From Ruminococcus sp. (GTDB lineage Bacteria > Bacillota > Clostridia > Oscillospirales > Acutalibacteraceae), in NCBI RefSeq assembly GCF_017403985.1, contig NZ_JAFRDE010000019.1: a stretch of DNA of 64,000 nt; one strand, given 5' to 3'. Positions 38,220 through 49,215 of the stretch are shown in pieces (position 1 is the stretch's first letter; every line of letters starts with the position of its first letter). The notes under the pieces are model-generated. The model was not told where the DNA came from. It did no database searches and saw nothing but the letters and a program-made list of their open reading frames with translations. The position numbers and the translations under genes were made by a program.

Positions 38220-40211
38220 GTGGGCAAAATAAACGTACTGGACAAGCACGTCGCGGAGCTGATCGCGGCGGGCGAGGTTGTCGAGCGCCCTTCCTCCGTT
38301 ATCAAAGAGCTGGTGGAGAACTCCATTGATGCCGGCGCGACGGCGATCACCGTCGAGATCAAAAACGGCGGCGTCACCTTCATGCGCGTGTCCGATAACG
38401 GCTGCGGCATCTTAAAAGAAGATATCCGTCCCGCGTTTATCCGCCACGCGACCTCCAAGGTCAAGGAGGAAGACGACCTCGACGCGATCGCGACTTTAGG
38501 CTTCCGCGGCGAGGCGCTTGCCTCCGTCGCGTCGGTCTCTCACCTCGAGCTGATCACTAAAGCGAGAGAGGAAGAGACCGGCACCCGCTATCTGATCGAG
38601 GGCGGGGAAGAAGTGCTCTTCGAGGATGCGGGCTGTCCCGACGGCACGACCTTCATCATCCGCGACCTGTTCTATAACGTGCCCGCCCGCATGAAATTCC
38701 TCAAAACCGATATGGCGGAGGGCAACGCCGTATCCAACGTCATCGACAAGATCGCCCTCTCTCACCCCGAGATCGCGATCACCTATATCAAAGATTCCAA
38801 AAACGTCCTGCGTACCGCGGGCGACGGCAAGCTGCTGTCGGCGATCTACGCCGTCTACGGCAGGGATTTCGCAAAGAGCCTGATCCCCGTGGACTACGCC
38901 CTCGGCGGCGTTCATGTCACCGGCTTCATCAGCCGTCCCGAGAACGCCCGTCCCAACCGTAACATGCAGAACTTCTTCATCAATCACCGATTTGTCATCT
39001 GCAAGACCGCGATGGCGGCGATCGGCGAGGCGTGCAAGGGCAGCGTCATGGTCGGCAAGTTCCCGTCCTGCGTCCTTAACCTCGATATGTCCTTCAACGC
39101 GGTGGACGTCAACGTCCATCCCACGAAGTTAGAGGTGCGTTTCGTCAACGAGCGCCCCGTCTTCGACGCGGTGTATCACGCGGTCAAGACCGCTTTGATG
39201 AACGGTGAGAGGCGCAAGGAGGCGCATCTGACCCCCGAGCCCGCGAAGCCCGTCAAGCGCGTCAATCCCTTTGAGCTGGCGCAAAAGGTGTTCCGCGAGC
39301 GCGACGAACAGCCTGCGCCGAAGCCTGCTCAAACTCCGCTTCCCAAGGTCGATCTGCGGGAAGAGAAAAAGAGATCGGACGCACTGTTCGAGTTGCTCGA
39401 CGAGCCCGTGGTCAGCACGCCGTCTTTGAATCAAACCGCTAAACTATCCGATTCGGTGTCGCCCTTCGGCGACGATTACCGTCAGCACATCGCCGAAAAG
39501 CAGGCGGCGAAAGAGAGCGAGCCTGCCGAAGATAATCCGGAGATATCCGCACCCGTCGAACCTCAGGAAACAGAGAATGGTCCTGTGCAGGAGACTGTAC
39601 AAGCAATCGAAGAGCCCAAGCCGCTCATCGAGATCGACGAGAACTATTACCGCTATATCGGCGAGGCATTCAAGACATATATCATCATCGAAAAGAATGA
39701 CCGCGAGCTGCTGCTGATCGACAAGCACGCAGCGCACGAGCGCATCATCTACGAGAAGCTCAAAAAAGAAAAGGGCAGCGGCTACAGCCAGCTTTTGCTG
39801 ACGCCCATCACCGTGACCCTCAACAAGATCGATTATAACGCCGTTATCGAGAACCTCGACGTCTTCGCCGAGGCAGGCTTCGATATCGACGATTTCGGCA
39901 GCGGCAGCATCATCGTACGAAGTGCGCCGCAGTATCTGCCGCTCGAGGATATCGAGCCGTCCGTGATCGAGATGGCAGGATATCTGACAGAACATAAAAA
40001 AGAGATCCGCTCCGAAAAGATGGAGTGGATCTACGCGAACGTCTCCTGCCGCGCCGCGATCAAGGGCGGCAACAGAAGCACCGAGCAGGAGCTGATCGCG
40101 CTGGCAAAACAGGTAGAGAACGAAGACGTCCGCCACTGTCCCCACGGCAGACCCGTGTGCCTACTGCTCAAAAAGAGCGAGCTGGAGCGGATGTTCGGCA
40201 GGGTGGAATAA
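38220..40211 (+). CDS. mutL: DNA mismatch repair protein MutL (GTG start)
   Basis: IAAGEVVERPSSVIKELVENSIDAGA, LGFRGEALAS, DKHAAHERI, CPHGRP. Confidence 0.97.
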   Translation: MGKINVLDKHVAELIAAGEVVERPSSVIKELVENSIDAGATAITVEIKNGGVTFMRVSDNGCGILKEDIRPAFIRHATSKVKEEDDLDAIATLGFRGEALASVASVSHLELITKAREEETGTRYLIEGGEEVLFEDAGCPDGTTFIIRDLFYNVPARMKFLKTDMAEGNAVSNVIDKIALSHPEIAITYIKDSKNVLRTAGDGKLLSAIYAVYGRDFAKSLIPVDYALGGVHVTGFISRPENARPNRNMQNFFINHRFVICKTAMAAIGEACKGSVMVGKFPSCVLNLDMSFNAVDVNVHPTKLEVRFVNERPVFDAVYHAVKTALMNGERRKEAHLTPEPAKPVKRVNPFELAQKVFRERDEQPAPKPAQTPLPKVDLREEKKRSDALFELLDEPVVSTPSLNQTAKLSDSVSPFGDDYRQHIAEKQAAKESEPAEDNPEISAPVEPQETENGPVQETVQAIEEPKPLIEIDENYYRYIGEAFKTYIIIEKNDRELLLIDKHAAHERIIYEKLKKEKGSGYSQLLLTPITVTLNKIDYNAVIENLDVFAEAGFDIDDFGSGSIIVRSAPQYLPLEDIEPSVIEMAGYLTEHKKEIRSEKMEWIYANVSCRAAIKGGNRSTEQELIALAKQVENEDVRHCPHGRPVCLLLKKSELERMFGRVE

Positions 40212-41146
40212 TGAAGCAGAAAGTGATCGCCGTCATCGGACCTACCGCGTCGGGCAAGACGGCGCTGTCCGTTGAACTGGCAAAGCGCTTCGACGGCGAG
40301 ATCGTCTCAGCCGATTCGATGCAGATCTACAAATACATGGATATCGCTACCGCCAAGCCGACCGAGGAGGAAAAGCAGGGGATACCCCATCACCTGATGG
40401 ATTTCCTCGAGCCCTCCGAGAGCTTTTCGGTCGCGCGTTACTGCGAGCTGGCGCACACCGCGATCGCCGATATCGCCGCGCGCGGCAAGCTGCCGATCAT
40501 CGCGGGCGGTACGGGGCTGTATGTTGATTCGCTTCTGGACGGCATGCAGTTTGAAGAGCAGGAGATCGACCTCGCCCTGCGCGAGGGGATCGCCGCCGAG
40601 TTGGAGGAGATGGGCATGGATCATATGCTGAACGTGATCCGCGCCTTCGACCCCGATTCAGCCGAAAGGCTGTCAAAAGAGCGCAACCCCAAGCGCGTCG
40701 TCCGCTGTATCGAGGTCTATCGCCTGACCGGCATGACCCAGACGCAGCTCAACTTTTCACAGCAGAGAGCCGACGCTCCATATGACGCGCTGAAGATCGG
40801 GCTGACGGCGGCTGACAGAGAGTATCTGTACGACCGCATCAACCGCCGCGTCGATATCATGATGGAAAACGGCTTGTTGGAGGAAGCGAGGCACTTTTAC
40901 GAAGCGGACTTCGGCGATACCGCCGCCGCCGCGATCGGCTACAAGGAGCTGCTCCCGTATCTCGAGGGCGAGCGCGATCTCGACACCTGCGTCGGCAACC
41001 TCAAGCGCGCCACCCGCCGTTACGCCAAGCGCCAGATGACGTGGTTCAGGCGCGACCCGTCCGTATGCTGGTTCAATATCGACGAGATGAGCTTTGAGGA
41101 GATATTGAACGAGTCGATCGGGCTGATCGAACGATTGACACCGTGA
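40211..41146 (+). CDS. miaA: tRNA dimethylallyltransferase
   Basis: GPTASGKT, SADSMQIYK, GGTGLY, YAKRQMTWF. Confidence 0.96.
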   Translation: MKQKVIAVIGPTASGKTALSVELAKRFDGEIVSADSMQIYKYMDIATAKPTEEEKQGIPHHLMDFLEPSESFSVARYCELAHTAIADIAARGKLPIIAGGTGLYVDSLLDGMQFEEQEIDLALREGIAAELEEMGMDHMLNVIRAFDPDSAERLSKERNPKRVVRCIEVYRLTGMTQTQLNFSQQRADAPYDALKIGLTAADREYLYDRINRRVDIMMENGLLEEARHFYEADFGDTAAAAIGYKELLPYLEGERDLDTCVGNLKRATRRYAKRQMTWFRRDPSVCWFNIDEMSFEEILNESIGLIERLTP

Positions 41147-41186
41147 TACAGTAATGATACTTTTAACCGGTTAGAAGGAATCATCT

Positions 41187-42530
41187 ATGAGTAAAGAAAC
41201 GACCAAAGAAACGACGAAACGAACGGCAAAAGACAATTCGAACCGTTCGAAAATCACCAAAAGAATATTGCTCGGCGTCGCGATCGCGCTGGTGCTGATG
41301 TATATCGTGTTTCTGTTCATCACCACGAACTTCATGGGCAACAACAACATCGTGACCGAGACCGCCTACCATACCAAGGCGTACGACATCGTCGAATCCC
41401 GCTGTATGGTCGTGCGCGACGAAGAGTACCTCCCGTCCGGTTCCGACGGCGTGCTGGTGTACGATGTTACCGACGGCGACAAGGTCACCGCCGACGGCGT
41501 GATCGCCACCGCCTACGCGACACAGGAGGACGTCGCCGCGATCAAGCAGGCGGAGGAGCTGGATCAGAAGATCGAGTACCTCGAAACGCTCAATTCGGTG
41601 AACGCCTCCGCGAACGTCGGCATCGACACCATCAACGGTCAGATCAACGAGCGTCTGGTCGCGGTGATGAAGCTGATCAACGCCCACGACTATAACAATA
41701 TGTCCCACGCGGAAGAGTCGCTGATGACCTCGATCCTGCGCAAGCAGATCCTGACCGGTGAGCAGGGCAATATCGACGACAAGATCGCCGAACTGAAAAC
41801 CGAGCGCGCCGGGATCGGATCGCCCAATCCTGTCGGCACCGTCAAAGCCGGCGCGGCGGGGTACTTCGTCTCCAAGGTCGACGGCTATGAAAAGACCTTT
41901 GATATCGGCAAGCTCGACGAGATTACCGTCAGCGATATCGAGGACGCCGAACCGGCGGATATCAACCCCGAGGACTATACCGGCAAGATCATCCAGAACG
42001 TCAACTGGTATCTGCTGTGTCCCGTATCAGCCGACGAGGCGACTTCCTTGAGCCATGCCGACGAGACCGTCAAGGTCCGCCTGCCCTCCGCGATCGACGG
42101 CGAAATCCCCGCAAAGATCGTCCGCGTCAACACCTTCGGCGACTCCGACAGGGCGGTAGCGATCCTGCAGTGCAACTACATGAGCGACGCGCTGTCAAAG
42201 CTCAGGGAGGAGAACGTCGAGATCATCGTCAACGAATATGAGGGCCTCAAGATCAGCAAGTCGGCGCTGCACGACGACGATATCACCTATACCGTTACCG
42301 ACGATAAGAACAACGATACACAGAAGACCGAGCGCGTCCAGGGCGTCTACGTCGAATACGGCGTGGAGCTGGTGTTCAAGCAGGTCGTGATCGATTATTC
42401 CGGCGACGACTACATCATCTGTAACCCCAACCCGCCGGAGGGCACGCTGCTCAACGGCACGACCGTGGCGCTGTACGATAAGGTCGTCGTAGAAGGAGGA
42501 GATTTGTTCAATGGAAAGATCATTGGCTGA
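41187..42530 (+). CDS. Membrane-anchored HlyD-like periplasmic-adaptor family protein, function unknown
   Basis: Single N-terminal TM, VRDEE, DGDKV, coiled coil, AGYFVSKVDGYE, YEGLKI; lies upstream of yggS as seen in clostridia. Confidence 0.7.
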   Translation: MSKETTKETTKRTAKDNSNRSKITKRILLGVAIALVLMYIVFLFITTNFMGNNNIVTETAYHTKAYDIVESRCMVVRDEEYLPSGSDGVLVYDVTDGDKVTADGVIATAYATQEDVAAIKQAEELDQKIEYLETLNSVNASANVGIDTINGQINERLVAVMKLINAHDYNNMSHAEESLMTSILRKQILTGEQGNIDDKIAELKTERAGIGSPNPVGTVKAGAAGYFVSKVDGYEKTFDIGKLDEITVSDIEDAEPADINPEDYTGKIIQNVNWYLLCPVSADEATSLSHADETVKVRLPSAIDGEIPAKIVRVNTFGDSDRAVAILQCNYMSDALSKLREENVEIIVNEYEGLKISKSALHDDDITYTVTDDKNNDTQKTERVQGVYVEYGVELVFKQVVIDYSGDDYIICNPNPPEGTLLNGTTVALYDKVVVEGGDLFNGKIIG

Positions 42531-43224
42531 CGTAGAATACAACTATCATCAGATATGTGAAAATATCGCGCGGGCGGCTGAATCCGTCGGCAAAACCGCC
42601 GACGATATCATCTTCCTCGCCGCGACCAAGACCGTCGACGCGCCCGTGATCAACCACGCGATCTCCTTAGGGCTGCGCTATATCGGCGAGAACAGGGTGC
42701 AGGAGCTGCTGTCGAAGTACGATGACTACGACCTCGACCACGCCTCTCTGCAGTTTATCGGTCATTTGCAGTCGAACAAGGTGCGCCAGATCGTCGGCAA
42801 GGTGGATCTGATCCAGAGTGTCGATTCCGAGAAGCTTGCGCGTGAGATCTCCCGCTGTTCACAGAAGCTCGGTATCACCACCGATATCCTGCTCGAAGTT
42901 AACATCGGCAGGGAGGAGAACAAGTCCGGCGTCATGCCCGAAATGCTGCCCGAACTGCTCGACAAAGTGAAGGATATCCCTGCCGTAAAGGTACGCGGAT
43001 TGATGGCGATCCCCCCGATTTGTGAAAATGCACAAGAAAATCGCAATTTTTTTGATAATATGCGTAATTTCTTTCTTGACATTAAGGGCAAAAATATAGA
43101 TAATATATCTATGGATATACTTAGCATGGGTATGTCTGACGATTATGAGGAAGCGATACGCTGCGGCGCGAATATGATCAGGGTCGGCTCGGCTCTGTTC
43201 GGCGCAAGGTATTATCCGGCGTAA
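42511..43224 (+). CDS. yggS: YggS/PLPBP pyridoxal phosphate homeostasis protein
   Basis: AATKT, GENRVQE, IGHLQSNK, SMGMSDDYEEAI..G..MIRVG. Confidence 0.95.
   Translation: MERSLADVEYNYHQICENIARAAESVGKTADDIIFLAATKTVDAPVINHAISLGLRYIGENRVQELLSKYDDYDLDHASLQFIGHLQSNKVRQIVGKVDLIQSVDSEKLAREISRCSQKLGITTDILLEVNIGREENKSGVMPEMLPELLDKVKDIPAVKVRGLMAIPPICENAQENRNFFDNMRNFFLDIKGKNIDNISMDILSMGMSDDYEEAIRCGANMIRVGSALFGARYYPA
43076..43104 (+). promoter_or_regulatory. Intragenic sigmaA promoter candidate in yggS (upstream of sepF-ylmH-divIVA)
   Basis: TTGACA-17 nt-GATAAT in a strongly AT-rich patch. Confidence 0.55.
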
Positions 43225-43271
43225 TAGGCTCCCTTGAGTAACTGTCGAAGAAATCGACGTTATCGTAACAG

Positions 43272-43424
43272 TGTCATTGCGAAGCCCGAAGCCGTCCTCT
43301 ATGAGGGCGGTGCCCCGAAGGGGCAGGCTGTGGCAATCCCCTTGGCGTTTGCAACCGGTTTGGAGGAAATGTACAGTCCCTCTTTGTGGGATTGCCGCGT
43401 CGCTTGCGCTCCTCGCAATGACAG
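43272..43424 (-). repeat. Family B element (long arm), interior reversed
   Basis: TGTCATTGCGAAGCCCGAAGCC..GGCAATCCCC..GTACAGTCCCTCTTTGTGGGATTGCC..CTCGCAATGACAG. Confidence 0.9.
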
Positions 43425-43478
43425 CGGATTATTTTAATTATTCTAAAACAGAAACCATATAAACAGGAGGAAACCAAA

Positions 43479-43985
43479 ATGGCAGGATTTGTAGACAAGT
43501 TCAAGCGCATGTGGGATGCACCTGACGATGAGATGGACTACAACGATTATGACGATTATGACACGGATATCGACGACCGTAACGAAGATTCCCGTTCTTC
43601 GCGCCGTTCGTCCCGTGATTCATCCCGTTATGACGATTTTGACGATCCGGTCTCATCGCGCGATTCATCCCGCCGCAACAAGGTAGTCAACATCAGCGCG
43701 ACCGCGAAGCTCTCCGTGGCGCTCTTCAAGCCGGAACGCTTCGGCGAAGAGACCCGCAACATCGCCGACGAGCTGATTAAGACCCACACCGTCGTTCTCA
43801 ACCTCGAGAACACCAACAAGGATATGGCGCGCCGCATCATCGACTTTTTGTCCGGCGTAGCGTACGCCAACCGCGGCAAGATCAAGAAGGTGGCGACCTC
43901 TACCTTCATCATCATCCCGAACAACGTTGACCTGACCGGCGACGATCTGCTCGACGAGCTCGAGCACAGCGGCGTTTATTTCTAA
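43479..43985 (+). CDS. sepF: Cell division protein SepF
   Basis: VVLNLE, RRIIDFLSGVAYA..G.IKKV..FIIIP. Confidence 0.93.
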   Translation: MAGFVDKFKRMWDAPDDEMDYNDYDDYDTDIDDRNEDSRSSRRSSRDSSRYDDFDDPVSSRDSSRRNKVVNISATAKLSVALFKPERFGEETRNIADELIKTHTVVLNLENTNKDMARRIIDFLSGVAYANRGKIKKVATSTFIIIPNNVDLTGDDLLDELEHSGVYF

Positions 43986-43997
43986 AGCGGCTGCCGC

Positions 43998-44726
43998 GTG
44001 ATCGATGAAGATAAGCTCCTGCTCGACAAGGCGTACGATGCGATCACGCTTTCACAGCGCAGGAACATTCCCCGGTTTTTTGGCTTTTTGAATGAACATG
44101 AAAGTCTGTATTTAAGACAGCATCTCCCCAAGTCCGCCGACGTCCTGTTTTACGGCGGCTATGAGGGCGCCGTGCGGCTGATGTTAGGCGCGGGCGCTGA
44201 GGAGGAGGACTTCCCGATCACCGCGCTCGAGTTCACCTACAAGGCTGAATTCGATCTGCGGCACCGCGATTTCTTAGGCGCTCTGACGGCGCAGGGGATC
44301 CGCAGGGAGACCGTGGGGGATATCCTCACGGGAGAGGGTCGGACGGTGGTGTTCGTCCGCGACGAGATCGCGCCTTTCCTTTTGACCGAAGTCGATCAGA
44401 TCGGCAGGGTAGGGGTAAAGGTCGGTTACGCGGATGTTTCCGATCTGCCGGTACCCGACGATATCGAGGAGCTCGTCTGGACGCTGAGCTCTCTCAGGCT
44501 GGACGCCTTTGTCGCCTGTGCCGCGCATCTGTCGCGGGATAAGGCGGCGCGGCTGATCAAAAGTGAAATGGTGACGGTGGATCACGTCACCGAGACCGAG
44601 GTCTCCCGACCGCTGAAGGACGGGATGACGGTCACCATAAGGAAATACGGTAAATTTGTTCTGACCTCACAGATCGGCACCTCCAAAAAGGGAAAGCTGC
44701 GGATCGCGGTCAGACACTACAGATAA
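43998..44726 (+). CDS. ylmH: YlmH S4-domain RNA-binding protein
   Basis: HRDFLGAL..GIRRETVGDI, SSLRLDA, TIRKYGKF. Confidence 0.9.
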   Translation: MIDEDKLLLDKAYDAITLSQRRNIPRFFGFLNEHESLYLRQHLPKSADVLFYGGYEGAVRLMLGAGAEEEDFPITALEFTYKAEFDLRHRDFLGALTAQGIRRETVGDILTGEGRTVVFVRDEIAPFLLTEVDQIGRVGVKVGYADVSDLPVPDDIEELVWTLSSLRLDAFVACAAHLSRDKAARLIKSEMVTVDHVTETEVSRPLKDGMTVTIRKYGKFVLTSQIGTSKKGKLRIAVRHYR

Positions 44727-44735
44727 CAATTAGAT

Positions 44736-44777
44736 TGTCATTGCGAAGCCCTAAAGGGCTGTGGCAATCTCAACCGA
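44736..44777 (+). repeat. Family B half-element
   Basis: TGTCATTGCGAAGCCCTAAAGGGCTGTGGCAATCTCAACCGAT. Confidence 0.8.
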
Positions 44778-44804
44778 TGTTATTACAGGATAGGAGTGTA
44801 GACT

Positions 44805-45488
44805 ATGTTAACATTAGACGAAATCAGAGACATCAGCTTCAGACGCGCAGGCAAGAACGGTTATAACGCTGCGGACGTTGACGAGTTCATCGATGAGGTG
44901 ACCGCGACCGTTGAACAGCTGATCGCCGAAAAGAACGACTGCTTACGCAAGATGGATATCTTAGCCGGCAAGATCGAGCAGTATCGCGAGGACGAAGAGA
45001 CCGTCCGCAACGCCCTGCTGACCTCCCAGAAGCTGGCGGATACCACCATGAAGGAAGCACAGAGCAAGGCGGAGTACATCGTCAAGGCTGCCGAGAAGAA
45101 GAGCCGCGCGATCCTCACCGAGGCGGAGATGGCTACCGAGCGCGAGAAGGACAAGTTCGAGGCGCTTCATGCCGATACCGCGAAGCTCCGCTCCGAGATC
45201 CTTGCTCTGTACAAAAGGCACCTCGCTATGGTAGAAGAGTTCCCCAAGGAAGAGGACGTTAAGGCGAAGCGCGCCGAGCTCGATGAGAAATACCCCTTCG
45301 AGCCCGTAGAGAATCTGATTTCCACCGACGAAGATACTGACGGTGAGGAAGCTCCCAAGACTGCCGAAGCTGCTCCGCAGCCCGAAGCGCAGGATGATTC
45401 CGACGTAAAGGTTCGTCCCGACCTCAAGCGCGAGAAGCCCGACAAGTTCGGCAAGCTGCAGTTCGGCGATAACTTCGATGTAGAATAA
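44805..45488 (+). CDS. divIVA: DivIVA domain protein
   Basis: MLTLDEIRDISF..GYNAADVDEFID, then coiled coil. Confidence 0.9.
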   Translation: MLTLDEIRDISFRRAGKNGYNAADVDEFIDEVTATVEQLIAEKNDCLRKMDILAGKIEQYREDEETVRNALLTSQKLADTTMKEAQSKAEYIVKAAEKKSRAILTEAEMATEREKDKFEALHADTAKLRSEILALYKRHLAMVEEFPKEEDVKAKRAELDEKYPFEPVENLISTDEDTDGEEAPKTAEAAPQPEAQDDSDVKVRPDLKREKPDKFGKLQFGDNFDVE

Positions 45489-45625
45489 TAGCTGAATAAG
45501 TAATATGCTTCAGCCGGTTGGAAACAATCGGCTGAATGTCAGTTTTACGGAATCAAATCCTGTTTGGCGAAAATGCCGTACAGGAACGATATGATTCTTT
45601 ATTAGAATAAAAATTTGGAGTGTAT

Positions 45626-48397
45626 ATGATGTCCCAGGATTATAACGCGACCCTGAATCTTCCGAAGACCGAATTTCCCATGAGGGGCGGTCTGCCGCAG
45701 TCCGAGCCCAAGACGCTCGAGCGCTGGGAAGAGGAAAAGGTCTATGAAAAGCTGATCAAAAAGAACGAGGGCAAGCCGAAGTACGTGCTGCACGACGGCC
45801 CTCCCTACGCCAACGGCGATATCCACCTCGGTCACGCGCTGAACAAGATCCTTAAGGATTTTATCGTCCGCTATAAGAATATGGCGGGCTTTCAGTCGCC
45901 GTTCGTGCCCGGCTGGGATACCCACGGCCTGCCCACCGAGCTCAAAGCGAGAGCGAAGGCGGGTATCGGCTCTTCTGCTGATATTTCTGTATTAGAATTA
46001 AGAAAGCTGTGTCAGGAATTCGTCACCGGCTATATCAACGACCAGCGCGGCCAGTTCAAGCGCCTCGGCTGTATCGGCGAGTGGGATAACCCCTACATCA
46101 CCTTAAAGCCGGAGTTTGAAGCGGAGCAGATCAAGGTCTTTGCCGAGATGGCTGACAAGGGCTATATCTACAAGGGCTTGAAGCCCGTTTACTGGTGCCC
46201 CGAGTGCAAGACCGCTCTCGCCGAGGCTGAGATCGAGTACGCCGAGGATCCCTGCCATTCCATCTATGTCAAGTTCCCCGTGACCGACGACCTCGGCAAG
46301 TTTTCTGCGATGGGTATCGACCCGTCCAAGGTCTCCTTCGTCATCTGGACGACCACCACATGGACCCTGCCCGCGAACCTTGCGATCTGCGTCGGTCCGC
46401 GCTATGAGTATTCTATCATCAAGTGCGGCGACGAGTACTACGTCATGGCGACCGATCTGTATGAGAACGCGATGGCGGAGGCTGAGCTGACCGATTACGA
46501 GGTCGTTGCGACCATCAAGGGCGCTGAGCTCGAGTATATGAAGACACAGCATCCCTTCCTCGACCGCGAATCCCTCTTGATCGTCGGCGAGCATGTTACC
46601 CTTGAGTCCGGTACCGGCTGCGTTCATACCGCTCCCGGTCACGGCGTAGACGACTTTAACGTCTGCCAGAATTATCCCGAGATCCCCACCATCTGTCCCG
46701 TAGACGGCGACGGCAAGCTCACCGAAGAAGCCGGTCAGTTCGCCGGTTTGACGACGGATGAGGCAAATAAAAAGATCGCGATCTATCTCGACGAGAACGG
46801 CTATCTGTTCGCACTCAAGAAGATCATCCACCAGTATCCGCATTGCTGGCGCTGCAAGACCCCGATCCTGTTCCGCGCGACCGATCAGTGGTTCTGTTCC
46901 GTGGACGACTTCAAGGACAAGGCTGTCGACGCGATCAACACCGTACAGTGGATCCCCGCGTGGGGCAAGGACCGCATCACCGCGATGGTGCGCGACCGCA
47001 AGGACTGGTGTATCTCCCGCCAGCGCAAGTGGGGCGTGCCGATCCCGATCTTCTACTGCAGAGATTGCGGCGAGCCTTATGTGAATAAAGAAGCGATGCT
47101 CGCGGTAGCCGACCTTTTCGGTAAGGAAGGCTCTAACGCGTGGCTTGAGAAGGACGCGTCCGAGATCCTGCCCGAGGTTACCAAGTGCCCGAAGTGCGGC
47201 GGCGCCTCCTTCGATAAAGAAAAAGATATCATGGACGTCTGGTTCGATTCCGGTTCGTCATGGAAATCCGTCTGCAAGCGCCGTCCGTATCTGGGCGCGC
47301 CGGTCGACCTCTACCTTGAGGGCAACGACCAGTACCGCGGATGGTTCCAGAGCTCCCTGCTCACCTCCGTCGCGACAGAGGGCGTAGCGCCTTACCGCAC
47401 CGTCCTGACCCACGGCATGATCCTCGATCAGGAACGCAACAAGATGAGTAAGTCTGCCGGCAACGGTATCAGCCCGCAGGAGGTCATCAAGCAGTACGGC
47501 GCCGACGTGCTCCGTCTGTGGGTCGCTTCCTCCGACTACCAGTCCGATATCAGCATCTCGCGCGATATCTTAAAGCAGATGTCTGAAGCGTACCGCAAGA
47601 TCCGCAACACCGCGCGCTATATCCTCGGCAACCTTTCCGACTTCGATCCCGAAAAGGATATGGTATCTGCCGACGAACTGCTGCCCATCGACAAGTGGGC
47701 GGTTGTCAAGCTCAACGAGCTGATCGAAAAGTGCCTCTCCGCCTACGACAAGTTCGAGTTCCATCAGGTCTATCATTCGATCCACAAGTTCTGTGTCGTC
47801 GATATGTCCAACTTCTACCTCGACGTACTCAAGGACAGATTATATACCGAAAAGGCTGACTCCAAGGAGCGCCGCGCCGCACAGACGGCGATGTATCTCA
47901 TCCTCGATTCTCTGACCCGTATGCTCGCTCCTATCCTGGCATACACCGCAGACGAGATCTGGAGATACCTGCCGCACCGCGCCGCAGACGACAAGGAGAA
48001 TATCCTGTACAACGACATGCCCAAGACCGTTGCGATCACCGTAGCGGACGACTTCATCGCGACATGGGACCGCATCCACGAGCTGCGCGATACCGTCAAG
48101 AAGTCCCTCGAGGTCGTCATCAAGGATAAGGTCGTCAAGACCTCCCTCGAGACCTGCGTGACGCTGAAGGCGAGCGGCGAGGAATACAGCTTCATCGAAA
48201 GCGTCCTGCCCGAGCTCAAGGCGGCGTTCATCGTCTCCGACGTCAAGCTTGTTGAGGCGGATGGCGAACTGTCCGTAGAGGTCACAAAGGCTGAGGGCGA
48301 GAAGTGCGAGCGCTGCTGGGCGTATTCGTCCACCGTCGGCTCTGACGCGGAGCATCCCACGCTCTGCGCCCGCTGCGCCGCGATCCTGAATTCATAA
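45626..48397 (+). CDS. ileS: Isoleucine--tRNA ligase
   Basis: [38 protein letters not shown]-terminal CERC..CARC. Confidence 0.97.
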   Translation: MMSQDYNATLNLPKTEFPMRGGLPQSEPKTLERWEEEKVYEKLIKKNEGKPKYVLHDGPPYANGDIHLGHALNKILKDFIVRYKNMAGFQSPFVPGWDTHGLPTELKARAKAGIGSSADISVLELRKLCQEFVTGYINDQRGQFKRLGCIGEWDNPYITLKPEFEAEQIKVFAEMADKGYIYKGLKPVYWCPECKTALAEAEIEYAEDPCHSIYVKFPVTDDLGKFSAMGIDPSKVSFVIWTTTTWTLPANLAICVGPRYEYSIIKCGDEYYVMATDLYENAMAEAELTDYEVVATIKGAELEYMKTQHPFLDRESLLIVGEHVTLESGTGCVHTAPGHGVDDFNVCQNYPEIPTICPVDGDGKLTEEAGQFAGLTTDEANKKIAIYLDENGYLFALKKIIHQYPHCWRCKTPILFRATDQWFCSVDDFKDKAVDAINTVQWIPAWGKDRITAMVRDRKDWCISRQRKWGVPIPIFYCRDCGEPYVNKEAMLAVADLFGKEGSNAWLEKDASEILPEVTKCPKCGGASFDKEKDIMDVWFDSGSSWKSVCKRRPYLGAPVDLYLEGNDQYRGWFQSSLLTSVATEGVAPYRTVLTHGMILDQERNKMSKSAGNGISPQEVIKQYGADVLRLWVASSDYQSDISISRDILKQMSEAYRKIRNTARYILGNLSDFDPEKDMVSADELLPIDKWAVVKLNELIEKCLSAYDKFEFHQVYHSIHKFCVVDMSNFYLDVLKDRLYTEKADSKERRAAQTAMYLILDSLTRMLAPILAYTADEIWRYLPHRAADDKENILYNDMPKTVAITVADDFIATWDRIHELRDTVKKSLEVVIKDKVVKTSLETCVTLKASGEEYSFIESVLPELKAAFIVSDVKLVEADGELSVEVTKAEGEKCERCWAYSSTVGSDAEHPTLCARCAAILNS

Positions 48398-48457
48398 TAA
48401 GTGAATGACGAACTTTCTCTTGACGAGAAAGCTTAATGTGAGAAGCATAACACTACC

Positions 48458-48696
48458 GTAGGGACGAGCATTGCTCGTCCGCTTGGCAGGAGCGTTTTTC
48501 TCCTATCTACGGTTTTCGATCAAGGCGGCGCCCGTCATTCTGCGGACGGTCAATGACCGTCCCTACAGATTGTTCCATTAAAACTTATGCGGTGTATCAC
48601 CATGGTACACCGCATTGTACTATTTTGTTTTCTGTGTGTTATGTAGGGGAGGGGCTTGCTCCTCCCGACATAAATCGGGTGTGGGCATCGCCCACC
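48458..48696. repeat. GTAG inverted doublet (48458-48566), GTAG single (48643-48667), family D hairpin (48676-48696)
   Basis: GTAGGGACGAGCATTGCTCGTCC...GCCCGTCATTCTGC-GGACGGTCAATGACCGTCCCTAC; GTAGGGGAGGGGCTTGCTCCTCCCG; CGGGTGTGGGCATCGCCCACC. Confidence 0.85.
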
Positions 48697-48726
48697 ATAT
48701 CAATTACATGAAAAGGGCGTGAATCT

Positions 48727-49215
48727 ATGCTCATTATCTATATCGCGATCATCGTGATCCTGCCGATCCTCGCACAGTGCATCCGCACCGTGATCGAGAC
48801 GAACGTCAAGCCCGAGGGCTTTGTCTCGGTGATCCCCGGCGTCTTTTCGCTGACCTATTCCGAGAACCGCGGCGTCGCCTTCGGTCTCTTTCAGGACGGC
48901 ACGGTCGTTTTCGCAATCACCACTTCGATCGTCATTATCATATTCGCCATACTTCTTTTTAAGAATTATAAGAAAAGCAAGCTCTTCGCGACAGCCGCCG
49001 CGCTGATCATCGGCGGGGGACTGGGCAACCTCTTCGAGCGCATCGTGCTGGGCTATGTCGTGGACTATCTCAGCCTGTCGTTCTTTCCGCCGATCTGCAA
49101 CTTTGCCGACTACTGCATCACCGCCGGCACGATTTGTCTGATCGTATACCTGCTGTTCTTCTCCGATTTCATGAAGAAAGATAAAAAGAAGATCGAACAG
49201 AATGATGAGGCTTGA
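48727..49215 (+). CDS. lspA: Lipoprotein signal peptidase II
   Basis: NRGVAFG, GGGLGNLFER, VVDY, NFAD. Confidence 0.93.
   Translation: MLIIYIAIIVILPILAQCIRTVIETNVKPEGFVSVIPGVFSLTYSENRGVAFGLFQDGTVVFAITTSIVIIIFAILLFKNYKKSKLFATAAALIIGGGLGNLFERIVLGYVVDYLSLSFFPPICNFADYCITAGTICLIVYLLFFSDFMKKDKKKIEQNDEA

Noticed and set aside
7385-40211. Long N-terminal extensions in the ORF track for infC (7385), trmH (9251), smc (17811), nadD (23437), leuS (25654), miaA (40025)
   Set aside because: They run through promoters, repeats or upstream genes; downstream starts have proper RBS and match family N-termini
41146-41187. Missing hfq/ynbB after miaA as a notable rearrangement
   Set aside because: Gene order here is variable among clostridia; ynbB is present at 3155, and absence of hfq cannot be judged from one window
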